The notes under the pieces were generated by a model. That model searched no databases. It saw only the letters and a program-made list of their open reading frames with translations, and was not told the origin of the DNA. The position numbers and the translations under genes are program-made. From the NCBI GenBank assembly GCA_002104945.1, contig MCFH01000032.1:310001-374000 (forward strand): a stretch of 64,000 nt of DNA, in the 5' to 3' direction. Source of the DNA: Piromyces finnis finn (Eukaryota; Fungi; Neocallimastigomycota). Positions 1-9,300 of the stretch are shown here, piece after piece (the stretch's first letter is position 1; each line of letters opens with the position of its first letter).

Positions 1-510
1 GGTTGACGCTAAAGCAATCCCAAATATGAAATCAGAAGAAGTAATAAAATTTTTAATAGAAGTAATAACAAGACATGGTCCACCAGAAATAATTGTTACT
101 GATAATGGCAGTTCTATTATGTCCGATATTATTAAAATGATGATTGATCTATATGGATTATGGGCTCATTTTGTTTCTCCTCATCACCCACAATCTAATG
201 GTATGATTGAGAATAGAAACAGAGAAATAGTAAAAACTTTAAGACTCTTAATTGAAAATGAGTCTGAATGGGATGAATATCTACCATCTGTATTATGGCT
301 CTTAGAACTACAAAAATTCAAAAACTAAGTTTAGTAGTTTCGAACTTTTATATGGACGTAAAGACACTTGGTCATTAGAAATAATGTTTCCTGATATTTA
401 TAAAGATCCCAATGAAACAGAAGAAGAATATATATTTAGAAGATTCTTATGGCATCAAAATTGGGTAAAACAAGCTACTGAATATTATAATCATGCTAAT
501 CAATATTTGA
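1..510 (+). pseudogene. Retroviral-type (Ty3/gypsy-like) integrase core fragment, frameshifted and truncated
   Basis: ORF 26-328 has HGPPEIIVTDNGS and HPQSNGMIENRN (D...D-35-E core). After a frameshift near 295 the reading continues ...KTKFSSFELLYGRKDTW, the usual post-core motif. It differs in sequence from the other integrases in the window. Confidence 0.85.
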
Positions 511-869
511 ACCTGTGTTAATTTTGTATAAGAAACTTTTTTACTAAAAACCTAAGTAAAACTAAAATAGAGTTTATTATAAAATATAATAAAAAAAAAT
601 ACTTATATAATTTTAAATACCTAGGTATAAAGGGTTAAAAATGCTTTTTAAGAAATTTTTATTTTGAAAGTTGAAACACCTAGGTATTTAAAATTATATA
701 ACTTTTTTATTGGATTCTAGTCTAGTTGGTGCTTCTTCAGGAAAAGACTAGAAGAAAAACCTGAATAATGATTAATTAAAAAACCAAATTGGTTTTGGAA
801 AAATATTATTTAATTTACTTTTTAATATTAGTGACTTAATTAATTTATATATATATTAAAACTAATCTA

Positions 870-1599
870 TGTAAAGATATAAAGTATATCTTTAAATTAT
901 TTAATAATTAATTAATAATTATTGAATAATAATTTTGATATTTTAATAAAAAAAAAATTGTTTATAAAATTTATTGTATAAATTTTATGGAATAATTAAA
1001 TAAAGATTAATTTTAAAATATCAAAGTTACAAATGAAATTTGGATAAATATTTAAATTAATGGATAATTAAATTTAAATATTTTAAATATTCAAATTAAA
1101 TCTTAAAAAGTTTTTATTTAATTAAAATTAGTTTAATAACTTTAGCGTAGTTTTAAATTAGCATTTTTAATTATAAATATATAATAAATAGTATTATTAA
1201 TATTTAATTAATATATAGGTAATAATACATGGACTGTATTCAATTTGCAGTTTACTCAAATTGAATCAAAAGTGTATTTAATTAGTTTTAGTTTAGTTTT
1301 ATTATTTTATTATTTAATTAAATTAGTATTAAATTAGTTTTGTTTATTTTATATTGAATATATGTATAATTAAATAGAATAGTATATTAAAATATAATTT
1401 ACAAAAAATATAAATGCATGTAAAATTTCTTGATTAAAACGATGTAATTGTTATTGACTATTATTTAGTTAATAACTAAATAAAATTAATAAAAGAGATA
1501 TTTTTAAATAGATTTTGTTTTTCTTGTTTCTTTTTATTTATTTCGTGTTTTATGTTTTATTGTAAAATTTTATAATCTGTTTTTTTATAAACTTTTACA
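870..1599 (+). repeat. LTR of family A (5' LTR)
   Basis: Starts TGTAAAGATATAAAG and ends AAACTTTTACA. A near-identical copy lies at 12958-13692. Confidence 0.93.
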
Positions 1600-1610
1600 A
1601 TAACAATTAC
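1600..1610 (+). promoter_or_regulatory. Primer-binding site of element A (self-priming type), ATAACAATTAC
   Basis: Directly follows the LTR CA. It is the exact reverse complement of GTAATTGTTAT at 1444-1454 inside the LTR and does not begin TGG. Confidence 0.85.
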
Positions 1611-1675
1611 CTTTGTTCTAATAAAACACGTTATAAAATTTTTTAATAAAACATATTTAATAAAATTTTTTTTAG

Positions 1676-1922
1676 CTACCGCGTTTAAAGGAATATCTAC
1701 CGTGTTTTCAAGGTTATCTACTGCGTATTAAGGATTATCTACCGTGTTTTCAAGGTTATCTACTGCGTATTAAGGATTATCTACCGTGTTTTCAAGGTTA
1801 TCTACTGCGTATTAAGGAATATCTACAGTGTTTTCAAGGTTACCTACCGCGTCTAAAGGAATATCTACCGCGTTTTCAAGAATATCTACCGTATATATAG
1901 GAAAATCTATCGCGTTTTGGAG
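1676..1922 (+). repeat. Leader tandem array, ~12 x 21 bp, alternating two unit types (42-bp higher-order repeat)
   Basis: CTACCGTGTTTTCAAGGTTAT alternates with CTACTGCGTATTAAGGATTAT, and the terminal units are degenerate. Confidence 0.9.
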
Positions 1923-2109
1923 TTTTATCGTACTTTCTGAGGATTTGTTAATCTAGTGCCTGTTACTCAAAGGTCTTCCAAATATTTATTATATTTAATT
2001 TTGTTATAATATTTTTAAGAGCTCGTCTAACACCGTTTGACAGGATAGAGTTACGACGACATCTTAACTTAAATATTATAAAAAATTAAATACTTATAAC
2101 ATAATCATA

Positions 2110-3231
2110 TTGGAAGAAATAAATCATCTCTTAGATAATTTACATTTAAACGAAAACATGGAACGCCAAGGAGCGTCCTTGAGGATAGTCAATGATCCTC
2201 CAGTTTTCTCAGGCCGCAGACAAGAACTAGATGGGTTCTTGACTAGGGTTGAGCTAGCTATTGAAGCCAACCCTGATAGATTTGTTAGTGATGAAGCGAG
2301 AGTTCGCTTCTTGATATCCTACTTTGTTAATAGACCTCTAGAATGGGCTGCTCGTTTAAGACAAAATAACGACGCCGTTCTAAGGAACTATGATCAGTTT
2401 ATTGCTGCCCTTCGTACCAATTTCGGAGATCCGAATAATGATACGATTGTTGCAAATGGAAAACTATGCAACATTAAACAAAGAAAATTTGGCAAGGTGT
2501 TTGAATACATCAACGAATTCCAACGCGTTAGCCAAAATTCGAATTTCAACGAAGCAGCTAAAATATACATGTTCACAAAAGGATTACATCCGAAAATGCG
2601 TGAACATTTAGCTTTAGTTAATCCAAATCCCTCTCAGTTAGAGCGTCTTTATTCCGATGTCCTTAGTATTGAAAATCTTACTAAGAGAAATGATATCAGT
2701 GAATACTATATGACGCATCAAGACCGGAGAAATTATAACCAAAATGATCCTATGGATGTGGACTTATATAGGATCAGATTGGGTCAAAGAAAGGTTGATT
2801 ACTTCCCTCCTCATAGGAGTAATTATAATGAAAATAAAACAAATTGCACTGAGGCCAAGAAGAGGGGTGTTTGCTTTACTTGTGGAAAGGCTGGACACTT
2901 TCAATTTAATTGTCCAAACAAAAAGAAACCAAGAAATGTGAAAATTATCAAGAGATGCCATTCAGAAGACGATGCCAGCTCTTCAATCAAGAGAATTAAA
3001 AAGGAAAATCATAATTCCAGGGAAACCTCAAACATGTTTGAAATTTATAAAGGTGAAAAGAAAAATATCATCGATTTTTATATCAAAACCAATGATATCG
3101 ATGAAATCAAGGCTAGGGTACTTATTGATTCATTTCTGGTTCCGATCTCAATTTCATCCATCCTGAGTTCGCACGAATCAATAATATTAAACTTTCAAAT
3201 ATTTCTGAACCTTTCAAGGTTTCTGGTTTAG
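2110..3231 (+). CDS. gag: Gag (capsid + CCHC knuckle) and start of protease of element A
   Basis: Retrotransposon gag motifs (PPVFSG, FLTRVE, YINEFQ, YMFTKGL) and a CCHC knuckle. The frame is lost at the protease LIDS(G) by a 5-nt insertion at ~3132-3137. Confidence 0.9.
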   Translation: MEEINHLLDNLHLNENMERQGASLRIVNDPPVFSGRRQELDGFLTRVELAIEANPDRFVSDEARVRFLISYFVNRPLEWAARLRQNNDAVLRNYDQFIAALRTNFGDPNNDTIVANGKLCNIKQRKFGKVFEYINEFQRVSQNSNFNEAAKIYMFTKGLHPKMREHLALVNPNPSQLERLYSDVLSIENLTKRNDISEYYMTHQDRRNYNQNDPMDVDLYRIRLGQRKVDYFPPHRSNYNENKTNCTEAKKRGVCFTCGKAGHFQFNCPNKKKPRNVKIIKRCHSEDDASSSIKRIKKENHNSRETSNMFEIYKGEKKNIIDFYIKTNDIDEIKARVLIDSFLVPISISSILSSHESIILNFQIFLNLSRFLV

Positions 3232-3248
3232 GGCAAGGTACATCTACC

Positions 3249-5459
3249 GTGAAGAAGGAATCCGAAAAATGCATCCTCCGTTTGAGAAATCACTACGAAG
3301 TCATTCAATTATATGCACTTAGAATTCCTGAAGTTGATATAATTCTTGGTGTACCTTGGATAGAAAAACATTGCCCTGTCTACTACCATGATTCTTCCAA
3401 AATTGCCTTTAGCTCTATATACTGTGCCAGGCATTGTAATGTGGGAAGAAGAAAAAACAAGAGTAGCACAAAGGAATCCAAGAAAGAAAAAATATCATCA
3501 AGAAAAGGAAAAGAAGCTACTCAAGACGATGAAGATGAACAATCCTCTTATAATGACTTTGATTCATGCAATCATCATGAATCCTCCTATAGCGACTCCA
3601 GTGACGATGAAGAAACTTTAAGTATTAGAGGCCGTAGAACCTCTGTTAAAACCATTAGTGATTTAGATAGTTTTGATAAAATTAAATTTAGTGATAGTTT
3701 ACATAACAATAATAATAATAATAATTGTAATTTTAAATGTACATGTAATAATATTAATTGTATTGATGATAATTTAAATAAAGATAATAATTCGGTCCCC
3801 GGACCAAAACAATACTCATTTTCAAAAAAAGTGTTTAATAATAACAATTATTGTGTAATAAATTCAGATAGAAACCATTTATCTTGTAATATTATTAATA
3901 AATGTAAAACTGAAAATAATAATTTAAATAAAGATAAAAAATCTGTTGATATTCCAAAACAATATTTATTATTTAAAGAGGTTTTCAATGAAAAGAATTG
4001 TGATATTTTACCTCCACATCGTGAATACGATTGTGAAATCAGGTTAAAGGATAATTCTAACTTGTTTTATGGTCCTCTTTATCCTTTAACAGAGGCAGAG
4101 AGAGATGAATTAAAAAATTATATTAATGAAAATTTAGAAAAAGGTTTCATTAGGAAATCTACATCTCCTGCCGGTGCACCTGTTTTATTTGTCAAAAAGA
4201 AAGATGGGTCATTAAGACTTTGCGTTGATTATAGGAAGCTAAATGATATGACCATTAGAAATTCATATCCTCTTCCATTAATTGGTGACTTATTGGATAG
4301 AGTGAAGGGTGCGAAGTACTTTACTAAATTGGACTTAAAGTCTGCTTATAATTTAGTAAGAATCAAAGAGGGTGATGAATACAAAACTGCCTTTAGAACA
4401 AGATATGGGCATTTTGAATATCTCGTCATGCCTTTTGGTTTAAAGAATGCACCAGCTACTTTCCAACATTTCATAAATGATGTCCTTAGTGATTACTTGG
4501 ATGATTTTGCTATATCATATATTGATGATATTCTAATATACTCAAATAGTCTAGAAGAGCATCATGAACATGTTAAAAAAGTATTGAAAAAATTATTAGA
4601 AAATAATTTATATGTAAAGTTAGAGAAGTGTGAGTTTGATGTTTCAGAAACCACTTTTCTTGGTTATGTATTATCCAAAGATGGTCTGAAAATGGATAGA
4701 GATAAAGTTAAAGCTATCCTCGACTGGCCTGTTCCTACAAATGTTAAAGAAGTCCAATCTTTTATTGGATTATGCAATTATTATAGAATTTTTATTAAAG
4801 ACTTTGCAAAAATCGCAAGTCCTTTACATAAACTTACTAGGAAAAATATTCCTTTTAATTGGGCTTCTGAGTGTCAAAACGCATTTGTTACACTTAAGAA
4901 GGCTTTTACTTCTGCTCCTATTTTAATGAACCCTGATAGCAACAAACCTTTTATTGTTGAGACTGACGCTAGTAACTTTGCAGTCGGTGCAATTCTTTCA
5001 CAAGAGTTTGAAGGGAAGTTGCACCCTATTGCTTTTATTTCATCTAGCTTAACCAAGTCTCAAAGAAATTATCAAATTTATGATAAAGAGTTGCTCGCTA
5101 TCAAAGTGGCTCTCGAAGAATGGAGACACTATCTGGAAGGTGCAAAGCATCAGTTCGTCATTTATACTGATCATAAGAATTTAACTTTCCCAAGAAAGCC
5201 TGAAATGCTCTCACAAAGACAGATAAGATGGTATGAATTCTTATCTAGATTTGATTTTAAGTTAATATATAGGGCTGGAAAAAAGTGTGGCAAACCTGAT
5301 TTGTTATCCAGACGTAGTGATCACATTTGTAATGATAGTAATAATAATAGAATTAATAAAAACATTGAATGTAGTAATTTTAGTTGTAATTTTATTTCAT
5401 GTAATGTAATTAATACTTTTAATAAAGATGATTCTTTAATCAATTCTATTTTATGTTAA
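3249..5459 (+). CDS. pol: Pol fragment (PR C-term, spacer, RT, RNase H) of element A, truncated before integrase
   Basis: Canonical gypsy RT and RNase H motifs in the ORF track; highly similar to the same domains in 23228-27820. Confidence 0.92.
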   Translation: MKKESEKCILRLRNHYEVIQLYALRIPEVDIILGVPWIEKHCPVYYHDSSKIAFSSIYCARHCNVGRRKNKSSTKESKKEKISSRKGKEATQDDEDEQSSYNDFDSCNHHESSYSDSSDDEETLSIRGRRTSVKTISDLDSFDKIKFSDSLHNNNNNNNCNFKCTCNNINCIDDNLNKDNNSVPGPKQYSFSKKVFNNNNYCVINSDRNHLSCNIINKCKTENNNLNKDKKSVDIPKQYLLFKEVFNEKNCDILPPHREYDCEIRLKDNSNLFYGPLYPLTEAERDELKNYINENLEKGFIRKSTSPAGAPVLFVKKKDGSLRLCVDYRKLNDMTIRNSYPLPLIGDLLDRVKGAKYFTKLDLKSAYNLVRIKEGDEYKTAFRTRYGHFEYLVMPFGLKNAPATFQHFINDVLSDYLDDFAISYIDDILIYSNSLEEHHEHVKKVLKKLLENNLYVKLEKCEFDVSETTFLGYVLSKDGLKMDRDKVKAILDWPVPTNVKEVQSFIGLCNYYRIFIKDFAKIASPLHKLTRKNIPFNWASECQNAFVTLKKAFTSAPILMNPDSNKPFIVETDASNFAVGAILSQEFEGKLHPIAFISSSLTKSQRNYQIYDKELLAIKVALEEWRHYLEGAKHQFVIYTDHKNLTFPRKPEMLSQRQIRWYEFLSRFDFKLIYRAGKKCGKPDLLSRRSDHICNDSNNNRINKNIECSNFSCNFISCNVINTFNKDDSLINSILC

Positions 5460-5567
5460 ATTATAATTATTATATTTAGTTATTAATAATTACTAACTAA
5501 TTAAAAATATAAACTATAATTATTTTATAATAAATTTTAAATTATTTTTATGTATTTTATTTTCACA
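5454..5567 (-). repeat. Putative short 3' LTR of the copia element
   Basis: On the minus strand, TGTGAAAAT...TTTAACA begins at the end of the RNase H remnant, after a G-rich stretch, and ends exactly where element A homology stops. No partner LTR is visible in the window. Confidence 0.45.
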
Positions 5568-5793
5568 CACACCCAAAGTTATAAATTCATTGTTTTTATA
5601 TAATAAACTATATCTAAATATTTTCATTTTATTTTTATTTAAGTGTTTAGTAAACCCATCTGCTAAATTTTCTTCTGACTTTATATATTCTAGACTAATT
5701 TTATTTTCTTTAATTAATTCTCTTACTTTATGATACTTAATATCAATATGTTTTGACTTTGGATTAATTGCTTTATTATTTGCGTTATAAATA

Positions 5794-6376
5794 TGTAAAG
5801 CCAGACAGAAAACCGAATAGATTAGGATATTTAACCTATTACAATAACAACACAAAAGATAAAATATGGTTTATAAAAATAGTTTTTTTATTAATTTATT
5901 GTAATAAAATTGTTAATAACAATTACATAGATAAAATGATGAAAAATATCTTCTATTTATATTTTTCCTAAATACATTTATTTTATATTATAACTATTTA
6001 TTTCTTATATATTATTATTTAAAATCTACACTAAAATCTTAATTATTAATAAATATTTAAACTATAAATATTTTTAGTAAAATACAATTGGCAATTCAAA
6101 TTATGTACTATTCAATTTGAATATGTGCCCATGTATCATTGATATATTAATCATTTAATAATTATATATTATTTATCTATTTCTATTATAAAACAATACT
6201 AAAACTAGGGGTTTAAATTGAGAAATTTAATTTATTTTGTTTTAAACTTTAATCATTAATAAATAAATTATGTCCCATTTTCTTTTTTTGTAATATAATT
6301 CGTGTAACTTTAATGTAACTTAAGCCATAAATATAATTGTTTAAGATATCAATCTGTGGCGTTTGATATCTTTACA
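5794..6376 (-). mobile_element. Solo LTR (family B-like) inserted in copia RNase H, TSD AAATA
   Basis: TG...CA ends, with AAATA at 5789-5793 and 6377-6381. Removing it restores the copia frame N-Q-A-T-I-Y-N-A. Homologous to 22588-23191. Confidence 0.93.
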
Positions 6377-9300
6377 AAATAGTTGCTTGATTATCAATAT
6401 TGATTTTTAAACATTCTTCCTTTATTTCTAATTCACTAAATATATTTCTACCACAAAACTTGCTTTGAGCATTCACAAAGTCCATAATATTATGCTTCGG
6501 CGGTTGAAGTTGATACATATTTTTGCAGTTTTGAGTACCAGCTAGTTGGTCCATTTCCCAATAAAAATACAAATCCAGTGGTAGATTTTCTAATTTCTTC
6601 ATCTCCCCCATAATCTACAAAAATCCTCAAATCTAAGTTTCTTTTAAAATGGATTCCATAATGAGGATTTTCTTTCAGATATTTGAATATCTGTAAAACA
6701 TTCTTCCAATTTTGGAGAGTAGGATTCTGTGAGAACTTAGATGCTTTGGTTACTGAAAATAAAATGTCTGGACGAGTACCTATGGCTAAATATAAAAGAC
6801 TTACTATTGCAGCTCTATAAGTAGTAGGGTTAAAAGGTTGATCAAATTGTTCATTATTCTTGATTGGTGTAGTTGTCTTTGATCCTCTGTAGTTTTCTAA
6901 ACCAAATTTATGTAATATATCCTTTAAATACCTTTCTTGATGTAACAAATACCCATCTTTTAACGTTTCTACTTTAATTCCTATGATGAAGTTTGCATCA
7001 CCAACATTCATTATAACATATTTTTCTTTAATTAATTTAATTGTCTTATCTATTTCTTATTTTTTACCAGTTATTAGGATGTCATCAACATATATTCCAA
7101 CTAAGCAAACTAATTTATTGTTTTTGGTCTTTATAAATATGCATGGTTCGCTAACTAATTTCTGAAAGCCTAGTTCAATGAGAGTATCGCTGATGTTGTT
7201 ATTCCATTCTCTTGCTGCTTGTTTTAAGCCATATAACGCTTTATTTAATTTCCAAAATCCTTTTTTATACATTTTATCATCTTCAGGTGCTTTCATATAT
7301 ATATCCTATTTTAAATCTGAATATAAATATGCGGCTTTGACATCTAATTGATGGATTTTATAATTCTTAATTGCTGCTATTCCTATTAGAATTCTTAATG
7401 AGTCTTGTTTTAGGGTAGGAGAAAAAGTTTCATTGTAGTCTTCTCCATATTCTTGTGTGAAACCTCTGGCTACAAGTCTAGCTTTGTATTTTTCTATCTC
7501 ACCAGTGCTATTCCTTTTGATTTTAAATACCCATATTGAATCAATACTATTTCTGGAACTTCATCTATTCTTTTGAACACTTTTCTTTCTTTCATGTTTA
7601 GTAGTTCGGCTTCTATTGCTTTTATCCACTTATCCTTATCTTTTCTTTTAAAGATATCACTATAAGAATTTGGTTCCTTGATTTGTGCTATTGTTAGCGC
7701 CACTTCCTTAATTTTCTTCTTTTCTGGCTCGTGTTCATGTGGCTTACTAACCTTTTCTTCTATGACATCTTCACTTGGAACAAATTTTCGCTTTCTTGAA
7801 AAATTCTCTTCCTTTGGTGGATGATTTTATTTAATTTAAAATTTTTATTGGATTTTAATTTTCTATTTAAATTTCTTTTATTTAAAAAATTTTGTTTTGA
7901 TATTTAATTTTTTCCTATCAAAAAAATTTTTCTTAAAACTATCTTTACTGATTGGATCTTTAATTCCTTAATTTCATTTTTATCTTTTAAATTTCTCAAA
8001 TTATATTTCTTTTTACTTTAATTATTTAGATTATTGTCCTTTTCATCAGAATTATTATTGAATTTAAACTTGTCATCAGAAATTTTGATATTTTCTTTAT
8101 TCAAATTTCTTTTACTTCATTCTCATTTATAAGTACGTAATATTTCTTACAATGTTCTTCATTCTCATAATTTACATTTAAATTTGAATAATTATTTTCT
8201 ATTCTTTTACTATTATTTTCATTTATATTCTTCAATTTTACAATTTTCAGTTTCATCAACATTATTATACTTTAAATTATTTTCTTCCAAGGTAGAATTA
8301 TATTTTTTTTTGTTATTACTTATATTGTTGTTGTTACTTTATGGAAAGTCGTTATTGTTTTCTTTTTCTTTATTGGTTTCACCTATATATTCCATTTAAA
8401 TACTTGTTTCTATTTCTTTATTTTCTTCCATTTCTTCACTTTTCTGGTATTTATTTTTATTTAAGTATCCTTTTTTTCTTTTAGTTTAATATAGTCTAAG
8501 AGATTTAAGTCTTCTCTTCTTCTGAGTCACTAATTCTATTATTCATGATATTGTCTTATACTCATATTACTATCATTAGTGTATTCTTTATTTAATAATG
8601 ATGTGAGTTTATCCAACTTTTCTTCTATATTTTTATATTTTTCTCCATAATTAGTTTTATCAGAGTATTTCCAGGTTGTCATTCATTAAATTATCATTTA
8701 CATTTGAAATGTCTTTTTCCTTTTTGTCTTTATTATAGTTTTCATTCTTTTTCTCATACAGATAATTAAAATTCCTTACTTGAAAAGTTCCTGTATCTTG
8801 ACTGTATGTTTCATTATTATTTTCTTTTTTTTAAATCATAATTGTAGTCACCAGGTTCTTCTTCTATAAAACCTACGACTCTTTTCACTTTAATTTTTCT
8901 TGATTTTATGTCGAATATTCTGTATCCTACTGAGGATTCATCATATACGATTAAGATTCCCTCCTTAGTCTTGTCATGAAATTTCGGAATATTACTGTCA
9001 TCTAAATAATATACTTTGCATCCAAAAACTCTTAAATTATTATAATCAACTTTTCTATTGTACATTAATTCAAATGGTATTTCCCCATTAAGTCCACTGT
9101 GAGGAACTCGATTATGGACATAATTCGCTGTTTTCACAGCATCTTCATAAAAGCAACGGCACAATTTTGCATCCATTAACATTGAAGTAGAAGGTTTTAT
9201 TAACCTTCCATTAAATCTTTCTGCTCTTCCATTCTGTTCCGGATTTCCAGGGACTGTGAATTGTTGAATTATTCCATATTCATTACATAACTCCTTAAAG

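Larger units (their letters stand above)
870..5453 (+). mobile_element. Ty3/gypsy element A: 5' LTR, leader, gag, PR, RT, RNase H; 3' end (integrase, 3' LTR) missing
   Basis: LTR 870-1599 (TG...CA) is followed by a PBS-like 11-mer. Gag has a CFTCGKAGHFQFNC knuckle; RT has LCVDYRKLN, MPFGLKNAPATFQ and YIDD; RNase H has ETDAS and DKELLAI. Homology stops at ~5453, where a copia-end sequence begins. Confidence 0.93.

Noticed and set aside
1-510. Polinton/Maverick integrase linked to the PolB relic
   Set aside because: It is 18 kb away with unrelated elements between. The PolB motifs look RNA-primed rather than protein-primed, and no TIR, ATPase or capsid gene is visible.
1676-1922. CRISPR-like appearance of the regular 21/42-bp array
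   Set aside because: There are no unique spacers (the units are contiguous), no cas genes, and it lies in a eukaryotic retroelement leader.
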